IMG/VR virus record: IMGVR_UViG_3300044655_001643
Source of the DNA: a virus
Length of the DNA stretch: 64,000 bases
Strand: one strand, 5' to 3'
Of the stretch, positions 55,156 through 64,000 are shown piece by piece (within the stretch, counting starts at the first letter, position 1; each line of letters opens with the position of its first letter). The notes under the pieces were generated by a model. The model saw only the letters and a program-made list of their open reading frames with translations. It made no database searches and had not been told where the DNA came from. The position numbers and the translations under genes were made by a program.

Positions 55156-56148
55156 TTACGCCGCTTTACCCCACACTGATTCCCAATTACCAGACAAAGC
55201 ACCTTTTGAATAATCTGTAGCACGATTCTCAAAGAAATTGGTGTGTGTTGGTGCATTGATCATTTCTTCAACCCATGGCAGTGGATTCTTTTTGACTTTG
55301 AATACACCTTTGAGTCCAAGTGAAATCAAACGACGATCAGCAATGTAACGAATGTATGTTTTCACTTCTTCGGAAGTAAGGCTGCTGATACCACCCATAT
55401 CAAATGCAAGATCAATAAACTTATCTTCAAGTTCAACCATTCTTTCTGCAATAGTATAGATTCTTGATTTGAGGTCATCGTTCCAAATTTCTTTGTTCTC
55501 TTCAATGTATGAACGGAACAACTTGATCATAGACTCGGCGTGTTGTGTTTCATCAACGATTGACCAAGTAATGATTTGACCCATGCCTCTCATTTTGCCT
55601 TGTCGAGCAAAGTTAAGTAACATGATAAAGGAACTGAATAGTTGCATCCCTTCGGTGAAAGCAGAGAATACTGCAATATGAGTAGCAGTAGAAGCAGCAT
55701 CGCCATTCTGTGAGCTAATATCAAGTACATAATTATGTTTTTCACGCATAGCCTCATATTCCATAAACTCCGAATAAGTTGTATCTGGCATACCTAGTGT
55801 TTCAATCAGATGTGAGTATGCGGCAATGTGTAATGCTTCACGTGCAGCAAAGCCCAACAACATCATACGAACTTCTGGTTGTGGAAAATATGGCAGATAG
55901 TTTTTGACATAGCCACCAGCAACATCGATATCACCTTGTGTAAAGAAACGAAAGATATGCGTCAGAAAGTTTTTTTCTTCTTGTGTTAGTTTGTTTTTCC
56001 AATCTTTGACATCTTCAAGCATCGGCACTTCAGTGTGAAGCCAGTGGCTTTGTTCGTGCTGTAACCACTTTTCATATGCCCATGGATAGGCAAATGGCTT
56101 GAACGATGTTCTTTCGTCGGTTAATCTTGTTTGCTGCTTTTTAGTCAT
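55156..56148 (-). CDS. nrdB: Ribonucleotide reductase class I beta subunit
   Basis: FFTQGD, EALH..AY, EG.QLFSSF, DE..H, NFFE.R..DY. Confidence 0.96.
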   Translation of the reverse strand: MTKKQQTRLTDERTSFKPFAYPWAYEKWLQHEQSHWLHTEVPMLEDVKDWKNKLTQEEKNFLTHIFRFFTQGDIDVAGGYVKNYLPYFPQPEVRMMLLGFAAREALHIAAYSHLIETLGMPDTTYSEFMEYEAMREKHNYVLDISSQNGDAASTATHIAVFSAFTEGMQLFSSFIMLLNFARQGKMRGMGQIITWSIVDETQHAESMIKLFRSYIEENKEIWNDDLKSRIYTIAERMVELEDKFIDLAFDMGGISSLTSEEVKTYIRYIADRRLISLGLKGVFKVKKNPLPWVEEMINAPTHTNFFENRATDYSKGALSGNWESVWGKAA

Positions 56149-56389
56149 TGTAGATCCACTCCTTGAGTTCTTTTGTTGTTTTTGATCCTGTTATTCTTTT
56201 TACTTCTATGTTCTCACTCAACATAACAAGAGTTGGAATATTACGCACACCATATTCTTCTGCTATTTCTGGATAAACATCTATGTCAATCACTTCAACA
56301 GGCACTTTAGTATCAATCTCACCTAAATTTGCTGCTAGTGCTTTACATGGATTACACCATGGAGCAGTGAATCTGAGTATTCGTTTCAT
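56141..56389 (-). CDS. Thioredoxin
   Basis: WCNPCK, IPTL. Confidence 0.9.
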   Translation of the reverse strand: MKRILRFTAPWCNPCKALAANLGEIDTKVPVEVIDIDVYPEIAEEYGVRNIPTLVMLSENIEVKRITGSKTTKELKEWIYND

Positions 56390-56435
56390 TTTCCCTGCCC
56401 CCTATATTTTTTGTATGACCGCTTTTCGTGTTTGC

Positions 56436-56720
56436 TCATGCTTGCTGTTTTTTTGATACCGCCTTGCTTGGTCCTCTTGTGGACCGCTTTGTGGCCACTT
56501 TTTCCTGGTTCTGTTCTTTGCTTTGCCATAATGCCTCCTGTCTATGTTTACGATACAACTCGTAAGTTCTTGTTTCTTGCTCAATGTCTTCCAAATCTTC
56601 AATAAGAACCATCATTACTAAAAAGCCAATGCCACAAAGGGCAACACCAAAAATATTCATTATACTCATTGCATATGCCATTAGAAAAGCAAATACAATC
56701 ATGTTTATACCCATTTTCAT
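56436..56720 (-). CDS. Hypothetical membrane protein
   Basis: Two N-terminal TM segments. Confidence 0.5.
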   Translation of the reverse strand: MKMGINMIVFAFLMAYAMSIMNIFGVALCGIGFLVMMVLIEDLEDIEQETRTYELYRKHRQEALWQSKEQNQEKVATKRSTRGPSKAVSKKQQA

Positions 56721-56721
56721 C

Positions 56722-57363
56722 TTAACTTTCTTCGTACATTACTGTATCTGTATCGCCTAAACTCCACTTTGGATTTTGCTCAACGACATATTTCTTTGTG
56801 CAAACTTTGAAGTCAGGAAACTTCAACTGTTTAGGATTGCTTGCGGCATCTAAAAACAAACAACGATTGTTTGGCTGTGCAGCATATTGTCCATTATCTA
56901 GTTCGATGAAATTGAAGCTCTTATGATCCTCTGGCCATTCAGCATAACTTGTGTCAATGATATTCAAATCTGGTGCTGAGTGATCAACTGTGAACAAATA
57001 ATTACCTTGATAAAACTGTTTATCTTTGGCATAAAACTTTGCCGATAGATTACGCAGAAATGCTTTTTGTATTACAGTGAAATCATAACTGAAACAGTCC
57101 CAGATTTGCAATGTATCTAGAGGTAAAAACTTCTTAGGGTCAAGATTCTCTGAGCGTGATACAAACGCATGGAGAGGTAGTTTGTCATAAAGTGCGCCAT
57201 AGTTTGGTAAGTATGCCTCTATTCTAAATGCTTGACCACGGATGCTTTTCAATGTGATCCAAATGCAAGGTTCGTATTCACCATGTCCTTTCTCAAAGTC
57301 ATAAAGAAACTCTTTACGAATATAACAATGAACTGGTGGTATGTTTGCTACTAAGTGAGCCAT
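56722..57363 (-). CDS. Conserved hypothetical protein
   Basis: WDCFSY, EDHKS, LDNGQYAAQPNNR. Confidence 0.8.
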   Translation of the reverse strand: MAHLVANIPPVHCYIRKEFLYDFEKGHGEYEPCIWITLKSIRGQAFRIEAYLPNYGALYDKLPLHAFVSRSENLDPKKFLPLDTLQIWDCFSYDFTVIQKAFLRNLSAKFYAKDKQFYQGNYLFTVDHSAPDLNIIDTSYAEWPEDHKSFNFIELDNGQYAAQPNNRCLFLDAASNPKQLKFPDFKVCTKKYVVEQNPKWSLGDTDTVMYEES

Positions 57364-57605
57364 TTTTTATCTTTCAAATGAAATTTCATGCCGATATATG
57401 TACCAACAAAAGCACCCAACACTGCTGGTATAATCATCATATTATTTGTGGTATAATTGATTACTGCTACACCACCTAAAAATGTAATTGCTGATGCCCA
57501 AATGCTTGCAGCAAATGGTTTATCATTCTGCACCGACTTCAGCAATAAAGTATAAACTATATCCGTAAACAACATACAGATAAATGTAAAAAAATAAGCC
57601 CACAT
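57351..57605 (-). CDS. Small 3-TM membrane protein
   Basis: Hydrophobic; GAFVGTY. Confidence 0.65.
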   Translation of the reverse strand: MWAYFFTFICMLFTDIVYTLLLKSVQNDKPFAASIWASAITFLGGVAVINYTTNNMMIIPAVLGAFVGTYIGMKFHLKDKKWLT

Positions 57606-57606
57606 C

Positions 57607-58248
57607 TCACTTCTCCATCAATCGATTTACAAATTCTCTGAGAAGTGCGTGATGTTGATTATCATTCCAGTGTTTATGTAAATATGGTTTATCGTACCAA
57701 AACTCTTCTGCCTCTAAATGTGGACCTATCAGTCCGATTTTTCCTTGGATGATTGCAGCAGGGTCTCCATTGGTATATCGTGCAACAACTTCATAGCGGG
57801 ACTCATCTCCGATAAATGCAGTACCATCGTAAAAGAAGAATTTGCCCGGTCTGCCGTTCCAGTTACAATCCACTGCTTTGCTATATGACCTTCTTGTACA
57901 GGTGTTCGGACGACGAATGTATTGTTTGCATTCCACAGAGTCCACAATGTCCAAATAATTCCTGTCAGCCCAATAAGCACCCATACAAATTCCAAGATAC
58001 CTACCACCGTTTCTAATGTAGCGTCTGATACTTCGTTCATGATGTTTAAAGCATACATCATAGGAATCAGCATCACCGACACCGCCAGGAAAACAGATAA
58101 GATCCACATTATCAAAGAAATCGTCTTCCGTTTCATGTTTCGTGAATACCTTATAATTGTAACCGTTACCTAACGCTTTGATTACACCATTTGTTGATTG
58201 TACTGAACACTTAGGGTGTTGAACGAACAGAGCAATTGTTTTCATCAC
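57607..58248 (-). CDS. BPL_N / class I glutamine amidotransferase-like protein
   Basis: FPGG, GG.YLGICMGAY, GPHLE. Confidence 0.85.
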   Translation of the reverse strand: MMKTIALFVQHPKCSVQSTNGVIKALGNGYNYKVFTKHETEDDFFDNVDLICFPGGVGDADSYDVCFKHHERSIRRYIRNGGRYLGICMGAYWADRNYLDIVDSVECKQYIRRPNTCTRRSYSKAVDCNWNGRPGKFFFYDGTAFIGDESRYEVVARYTNGDPAAIIQGKIGLIGPHLEAEEFWYDKPYLHKHWNDNQHHALLREFVNRLMEK

Positions 58249-60041
58249 TCACACGCTAAACAACCATCATAGTTATCTGAAGCAAGTTCTTTCAAATCAA
58301 TTTCTTGAATAATTTCTCTTTCAATTTTCTTTGACACTTTATCTGCTTTTGCTAGTTTTTCGGAACGGCAGTAGTAAAGTGTTTTGAGTCCTTGCTTCCA
58401 TGCTTGAAAGTGAACGGCATGAAGATACATCACATTTACATCAGGTCTAAAAAATAAGTTAATGGATTGTGCTTGGTCAATGTAACTTTGTCTGTTAGCG
58501 GCGTGGTCCACAACCCATCGTTGGTCAATCTCCATACTAGTTTTGTATACATCTTTTGTCCATTCATCCAAGAAATCGAGGTGCTGAACGGAACCGTCGT
58601 TTGCAATAATGCTTGACCAGATTTCTTGGTAGTCCAGTGATTTGTCATCATCACATTTCTCCTGAATGATTTTATCTAGAAACTTATTCTTGTTTAGATA
58701 TGCTCCTGAGAGTGTGTCTTGTCTGTAGGCATTTGCACGGTACGGCTCCACGCTAGGAGAAGTATTGCCCATAATAATAGAAGAAGAAGCATTGGGTGCA
58801 ATAGCCATGAGATGAGAAAAGCGTTGGCCAGTACCAGCTGCATCAGGAGCTTCACCACGTTCTTTGCCGAGTTCAAGATTTGCATTGTCTAGTTTCTCTT
58901 TGATATGTTTGAATATCTTATTGTTTGCACTGGTTGCTAACGCCGACTCAAACGGTATGTTATGTTTTTGTAGATAAGCATGAAAACCAAGAGCCCCCAC
59001 ACCGATGCTGCGCTCTTGCTGAGCAGAGTACCTGGCTCTAGCAATGTAATCAGGAGCGTTGTCAATAAAGTGCTGAAGTACATTATCCAGCATCTCGGCC
59101 ACGTCCCGAAGAAAAAGTTCATTATCTTTCCACTCATCATAATACTCCAAATTTACAGAAGAAAGGCAGCAAACTGCTGTTCTCTCTTTGTCTGTAGGTA
59201 AAATAATTTCAGAACACAAATTAGATTGCTTGATGCTCAGACCTTTTTTCTTTTGAAACTCTGGCATCATACGATTGCTCGTATCAATAAAGTGAATGTA
59301 TGGCTCACCAGTCAACATTCTTGTTTCAAGAATACGCTGCCATAATTCACGTGCAGAAACTTTGTCACGAACTTCACCGCTATGTGGGTCTTTGAGTTCC
59401 CATGTATCATCTGCTTGTGGGTCAATCATGGCTTTTTCAATCAAGCGCATGAAGTCATCTGTAATGTTGATGCCATGGTGCAGATTTAGCGTTCGCATAT
59501 TTGGATCACCAGTTGGCTTACGCATTTCTAAAAACAAGAGAATATCAGGATGAGATATATCAAGATAAGCAGCGTAAGACCCACGGCGTGTACGACCCTG
59601 TCTATATGCCAATGAAGATGCATCGTAAGTACGTAAATGAGGCATAATCCCAACGGACTTATCGTCAGCAGAACGAATTCCCAGGCCGATTCCAACTCCA
59701 CCTCCTAACATTGATAACCAGTTTACTTCCGATAAAGTATTGACAAGACCTTCTGCTGAATCGTCCAGATAGGGAAGAAAACAGCTAATAGGCAAACCAC
59801 GCTTACTGCGACCAAAAGAAAGAATAGGAGTAGAATAAGAAAGCCAATGCTTAGAGCTATACTCATAAAGACGTTGAGCATGTTCAGTGTTACTTGCAAA
59901 AGATTTTGATACAGACGCAAATCTTTCTTGTGGACTTGATTCGTCCTCACGCATATATGATTCTTTAAGTCTTTTGATTCCGAGTTCATCGAATAATTGA
60001 TCCCTTGTATAGTCTATTTGAATACCATTGACTTCTGCCAT
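58245..60041 (-). CDS. nrdA: Ribonucleotide reductase class I alpha subunit
   Basis: PISCF, SNLCSEI, AVCCLSS, APNASSS, C-terminal CLACE. Confidence 0.96.
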   Translation of the reverse strand: MAEVNGIQIDYTRDQLFDELGIKRLKESYMREDESSPQERFASVSKSFASNTEHAQRLYEYSSKHWLSYSTPILSFGRSKRGLPISCFLPYLDDSAEGLVNTLSEVNWLSMLGGGVGIGLGIRSADDKSVGIMPHLRTYDASSLAYRQGRTRRGSYAAYLDISHPDILLFLEMRKPTGDPNMRTLNLHHGINITDDFMRLIEKAMIDPQADDTWELKDPHSGEVRDKVSARELWQRILETRMLTGEPYIHFIDTSNRMMPEFQKKKGLSIKQSNLCSEIILPTDKERTAVCCLSSVNLEYYDEWKDNELFLRDVAEMLDNVLQHFIDNAPDYIARARYSAQQERSIGVGALGFHAYLQKHNIPFESALATSANNKIFKHIKEKLDNANLELGKERGEAPDAAGTGQRFSHLMAIAPNASSSIIMGNTSPSVEPYRANAYRQDTLSGAYLNKNKFLDKIIQEKCDDDKSLDYQEIWSSIIANDGSVQHLDFLDEWTKDVYKTSMEIDQRWVVDHAANRQSYIDQAQSINLFFRPDVNVMYLHAVHFQAWKQGLKTLYYCRSEKLAKADKVSKKIEREIIQEIDLKELASDNYDGCLACE

Positions 60042-60054
60042 TTTATCTCCGTTG

Positions 60055-60708
60055 TTATTGTTCTAGTGCTGCTACCACATTTGGAAATTCATCTCTGATA
60101 ATTTCCCAACATTCTTTTGCTACTTCCATGTGTTCTTTTTGTGTGCCATTCTCCATACGCAACTGACAGTAATGGATCCATGAACGCAATGTGCCATTCA
60201 TGTACATACGTGATTGTGTATTGCCCTCTGGCAAAACCGAACGTGCTTGTTCTTTTGCAATGCCATTTTCAATCGCCCATTCATATGCATTTTTTGCTTC
60301 TGAAATGACATTCATCTGTTTGATCATCCATTCAGACTTCAGTTCATTATCTTCAGTTTCAATGCTATTCTGACGATTCTTTGTATCTTGTAATCTTGCT
60401 TCACGCAATTCAAAGCCTAATTCTTTCGTTGGGTCAGCATATCGTTGGCTGAATTCCTGGAAGGAAAAACTCCTATGTCGCAAAATCTGTCTTGCGATAT
60501 CTCTGGTTGTACTTATTTCCATAACAATGTTGACCATTTCAAATGGTGACCAATGTTGATTTTTGATAAGATAACGAATAAGTTTCTCATCGCCTTGTGA
60601 CAAATCTTGATTGCTAGGATTTGACACACGTGCCATATACACAATCATATCTTCAGCAGAATTGTGTCCTGCACAGGGTGCAGTGACACCAATCAATTTC
60701 ACACTCAT
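60055..60708 (-). CDS. thyX: Flavin-dependent thymidylate synthase
   Basis: HWSPFE, RHRSFSFQEFSQRY, KEQAR.VLP, TQKEH. Confidence 0.96.
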   Translation of the reverse strand: MSVKLIGVTAPCAGHNSAEDMIVYMARVSNPSNQDLSQGDEKLIRYLIKNQHWSPFEMVNIVMEISTTRDIARQILRHRSFSFQEFSQRYADPTKELGFELREARLQDTKNRQNSIETEDNELKSEWMIKQMNVISEAKNAYEWAIENGIAKEQARSVLPEGNTQSRMYMNGTLRSWIHYCQLRMENGTQKEHMEVAKECWEIIRDEFPNVVAALEQ

Positions 60709-61748
60709 ATTTTCTTCCAAAACGTAAATTTGGCTATTGCCTCAAGTCCATAAAATGTATTACTATCTATAATCTCTTGAATTTCGCCAGATGAAAAGCC
60801 ATTCAATATCATCTCATTGATATCTTTGCCTTCAATGCCATCTGGCCAAATTACGACATTGTGATTCGATTTGATTGCATTTTCAATCAACTTACATACT
60901 TCTTTATTTCGTGGTTCATTATCAAAAATCAAGGTAATTTCTTTTGCTTGAATATTTTTCACCGTCAAAGCAAGATTGGCATCACCACTTGCTACACAAT
61001 TATTCAGAAACAAAGAGTCAAGTGGACCTTCAACAAGATAAATTCTCTTAGTCAAATCAACTCTATCAGTGCCATAAATCAATTTATTTGTTGATTCATC
61101 TGTTCTCAATGTAACATAACGAAGTTTGTAATCACTTGTCTCTAATGCACGACCAGATACAGCAATCAATTCATTCTGATAGTTGAAATAAGGAATAACT
61201 AACCTTGCATCTTCAACTAAATTTTTATCGTGATTGGGAATCAGCGCATCACAAAATGCTTTATAATTTGAAGTGAATAACAACTTATCATAATGTTCTT
61301 CAGGAATCAGTCGATTTTCTGCATAAGTTAGACAAAAATGTCCACTCGGTAAATCGTTGAGCCAGGTCCCATGTTCAAATATGTTGCGCTTTTTGATGTG
61401 ACCAAATTTGGGTGGGTTGGTGATGATTCTTGGTGATACACTACTCGTTCTGTGATGCGTGTTGGAGGTAGTTCCTGATTTGTATTTCTCGAATACGTAT
61501 TCATCATGTAATGATGGATCGACATGTTTGATGAAATTTCCGACATTCGTACCTACTCCGCAGTTGTGGCATCTATAGAAAAGATCATTACCCTTGGCAA
61601 AAACATAGCCTCGGGCTTTGAGTGTGTTAGTCTTGGAATCGCCGCAATAGGGACATGAGAAATTCCAAAGATTGTCGTTCTTCTGTTTGAAATTGCGTAA
61701 ACGTGAAGAAACTAATCTTATGTATTTTGTGTCAGTATAAAGTGCCAT
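60705..61748 (-). CDS. DNA primase gp61
   Basis: CPYCGDS...CHNC Zn finger, RLVIP, EGPLDS, DNEPRN, KDINEM. Confidence 0.95.
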   Translation of the reverse strand: MALYTDTKYIRLVSSRLRNFKQKNDNLWNFSCPYCGDSKTNTLKARGYVFAKGNDLFYRCHNCGVGTNVGNFIKHVDPSLHDEYVFEKYKSGTTSNTHHRTSSVSPRIITNPPKFGHIKKRNIFEHGTWLNDLPSGHFCLTYAENRLIPEEHYDKLLFTSNYKAFCDALIPNHDKNLVEDARLVIPYFNYQNELIAVSGRALETSDYKLRYVTLRTDESTNKLIYGTDRVDLTKRIYLVEGPLDSLFLNNCVASGDANLALTVKNIQAKEITLIFDNEPRNKEVCKLIENAIKSNHNVVIWPDGIEGKDINEMILNGFSSGEIQEIIDSNTFYGLEAIAKFTFWKKI

Positions 61749-61754
61749 GTGTTC

Positions 61755-61783
61755 ATTATATCAATACTCCTCACAGAAGTCAA
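61755..61783 (-). promoter_or_regulatory. Sigma70-type promoter, predicted leaderless primase mRNA
   Basis: TTGACT-17-TATAAT, 6 nt before ATG. Confidence 0.75.
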
Positions 61784-62212
61784 TCAATTCAGTAACTTTG
61801 CCAAAAACTCTAGCTTGACATTGGAAATAATCCATGCTAATACAATAACTCCACCGGCAATCATCCAACGCCACTGAAGCATGACTTTCATGTCATCATC
61901 TTCTTTTTGATTATGCTCGGTGATATGATCACGGAGAGATTTAATTTCATCCATGATTCTACGTTCGGTAAGTTCAATCTTATCCGAAAGATTTCTATCT
62001 GTTGTGGTGATACGTGAATGAAGTTCTTTGATATCATTCACGGTATCTTCTTTTCTTTTGTCCATATCGTTGTAGATTTGATTGGTCATGGCCATATTAT
62101 TGTCAGTGAGCTTCCCAATAGCACGGTCCATCTTCTCACAAAGGTCAGCAATAGCACTGACCTTCTCTTTGAGAACTCCAACTTCTACTCGTAATGCTAC
62201 ATCTCCGTCCAT
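61784..62212 (-). CDS. Coiled-coil protein with C-terminal TM
   Basis: ELHSRIT motif; W.W...GG hydrophobic end. Confidence 0.7.
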   Translation of the reverse strand: MDGDVALRVEVGVLKEKVSAIADLCEKMDRAIGKLTDNNMAMTNQIYNDMDKRKEDTVNDIKELHSRITTTDRNLSDKIELTERRIMDEIKSLRDHITEHNQKEDDDMKVMLQWRWMIAGGVIVLAWIISNVKLEFLAKLLN

Positions 62213-62213
62213 T

Positions 62214-62411
62214 TTACTTTTTCTCTGGAATCTTTGTGCCTTCTAGTTTCTTATGAACTTTGATAGTTTTGCACACTTCTTTTTCTTTTTTAGTTTTATT
62301 GTCAAACTCTTTGACACATACTTTCTTTTCTTCAGCAGCAAATGCACCCTTAGAAAGTGGTACGAAAAGCAATGCTAGAATCATTGATGCAACGGCAATT
62401 TCTTTTTTCAT
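62214..62411 (-). CDS. Small secreted protein
   Basis: Signal peptide; C...CK.IKVHKKLEGT. Confidence 0.65.
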   Translation of the reverse strand: MKKEIAVASMILALLFVPLSKGAFAAEEKKVCVKEFDNKTKKEKEVCKTIKVHKKLEGTKIPEKK

Positions 62412-62635
62412 TTTTCTTCCTTCGATGTGAATTTTTCGGATGCAGTAAAACCCAATCCACCTATCACAACATACATCATAGCATCCAATGTCTGTGGACT
62501 CAACTTCTTTTCAAAAAATAATTCGGCAATGAAACCAGTAGCAAGCAGAAGAAAAGCCAGAAAGGTAATAAATCTCTTGCTACTGGGTTGTTGCTCACCC
62601 TCAGCGGTGAGCATTTGTATCATAAATTGTTTCAC
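62408..62635 (-). CDS. 2-TM holin-like protein
   Basis: SSKR, two TMs, GLG.T..EKF; in endolysin operon. Confidence 0.55.
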   Translation of the reverse strand: MKQFMIQMLTAEGEQQPSSKRFITFLAFLLLATGFIAELFFEKKLSPQTLDAMMYVVIGGLGFTASEKFTSKEEK

Positions 62636-63102
62636 AGTTCTGGATGTGGCGGCTGTGATGGTGCAGGCTTACCACCAAAACCAGAAAACTCTGATGCTGC
62701 AAATGAAGCAAATGGATCAGCCGCTGGCATACCCATCATTGGTGCCATGCCCATCATTCCCATCGAACCAACTGGATTCATTTGTGGAGGTGGTGGCGGT
62801 GGCACATAAGGTTTTGTAGCAGACTCAAGTGCTTTTGCTCTCAACTCTTTGTCATCACCTGCCAACATAATACCTGATAGTGTACCAGTCAAGAATGTAG
62901 CAATAGGAATAATCAATTCAAAAAACTTATTGTCAACAGGACTCATGCCGTTCATTGGCTGAGTAACAAAGATAAGACTATAGAGGACAACAAATACGAT
63001 ACCGAAAAGTGTTAGACCCAAAACAATACCAATAAAAAACTTCAGACGAGCATTCAACTCTTCTGTTGTATATCTTTCTCCTGACCATAATTCTCTAATC
63101 AT
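62632..63102 (-). CDS. 2-TM membrane protein with Pro-rich tail
   Basis: Hydrophobic helices; lysis-module context. Confidence 0.6.
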   Translation of the reverse strand: MIRELWSGERYTTEELNARLKFFIGIVLGLTLFGIVFVVLYSLIFVTQPMNGMSPVDNKFFELIIPIATFLTGTLSGIMLAGDDKELRAKALESATKPYVPPPPPPQMNPVGSMGMMGMAPMMGMPAADPFASFAASEFSGFGGKPAPSQPPHPEL

Positions 63103-63320
63103 TTACATTCTCCTCTGATTGGTGCCGGTATCATGCCATTAGGCTGACCAACTTTATTTTTTTCGTAATGTGTCAAATCTTCTGGACAAGTACCATTTGC
63201 ACTACAGTATGGTTTTTTACATTGTTTTGTGTCCCAATTTTCTGGGTCTTGGCATGGATAACGAAAACGTTCTTCACAAGCAACCAGTAACGGGAGCAAT
63301 AGAAGGACAAGATATTTCAT
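63099..63320 (-). CDS. Cys-rich lipoprotein, possibly spanin-like
   Basis: LVAC lipobox; RYPCQDP.NW. Confidence 0.6.
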   Translation of the reverse strand: MKYLVLLLLPLLVACEERFRYPCQDPENWDTKQCKKPYCSANGTCPEDLTHYEKNKVGQPNGMIPAPIRGECK

Positions 63321-63937
63321 CAGTGAACTCCTAACACATGAAGAGCGTGTTCATAATGCTTGATACGATCCTCTAATCCAATGAAGCCACCATTGATCTT
63401 GCGTGTCATTGTTTTGATGTCGCCTTTATCAGCTTCAACATTGAGTTTGTTTGTTTCCCAGAACCAGCAAGCTGACTGAGCAGCGCCTTCAAATGTTTGT
63501 GTATATTCGGCTGCTTCTTCTGGTGAAATTTCTAGTGATGCTGCGAACCATGTATAGTTTGTTTTGCCGGTCAATTGAATCAAACCACGACCACGGTATT
63601 TGTAACCATCTCCTGATGCTTCGTTGCCATTGCCCATACGATCAGCATAGATTTTGTTTGCAATCTTTTCTGGCTTCTTTTCGTATGCTTTTGCTGTTGC
63701 CATGTCTTTGAAGTATTTTGGAAATACTTTCATCAGACTCTCTGCTTTGTAGTTTAGATTCTCTGTCAGAAAAACAAAACCACCAGATTCGTGGGCGCAT
63801 TGTGCAATGAATGCAGCAATACGCTGTGGCGTATTGATTTCGTAATCAGGCAACAATTGACTCAGTGCTTTGTGCCACTGGTCAATATAAGGATTCTTTG
63901 GAAGTAATTCTTTTAGTTGTTCTTTTGTCAATTCCAT
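63320..63937 (-). CDS. GH19 (chitinase-like) endolysin
   Basis: F.AQ..HES, ENLNY, YRGRG.IQLTGK.NY, SA.WFW, INGG. Confidence 0.93.
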   Translation of the reverse strand: MELTKEQLKELLPKNPYIDQWHKALSQLLPDYEINTPQRIAAFIAQCAHESGGFVFLTENLNYKAESLMKVFPKYFKDMATAKAYEKKPEKIANKIYADRMGNGNEASGDGYKYRGRGLIQLTGKTNYTWFAASLEISPEEAAEYTQTFEGAAQSACWFWETNKLNVEADKGDIKTMTRKINGGFIGLEDRIKHYEHALHVLGVH

Positions 63938-64000
63938 ATCATTCCTTTACGAATAATGATTTTATTTTTGTTTGAATATCTTTAGCATACTGTGGCTGTG

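Overview
64 kb of a large T4-like myophage genome, standard genetic code, mostly on the minus strand. The host is probably a freshwater betaproteobacterium, inferred from PstS, rubrerythrin and the tmRNA tag. The window holds baseplate/tail genes (gp48, gp4, gp2, gp54-like, gp26, gp51, gp29-like), replication and transcription genes (gp32, gp59, gp33, rnh, primase gp61, nrdAB, thyX), tail fibres, a sugar-nucleotide cluster, ClpP, 23 tRNA genes, an early region of small ORFs behind sigma70-type promoters, a phosphate-stress cassette and a GH19 lysis module. Most notable: (1) a 31-codon leader ORF containing 19 of 20 amino acids whose 3' end can pair with the terminator in front of the tRNA array, i.e. 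a candidate pan-amino-acid attenuator; (2) a circularly permuted two-piece tmRNA, plus an ArfA-like peptide and ClpP; (3) a T3-SAMase-like protein with late promoter and capsid-targeting-like N-terminus; (4) a pstS-oprP-plcP-like-GT2 cassette; (5) an R-M-like pair, a non-canonical tRNA(UAU) and an unassigned structured RNA inside the tRNA array. All assignments come from reading motifs by eye; no searches or folding programs were run.
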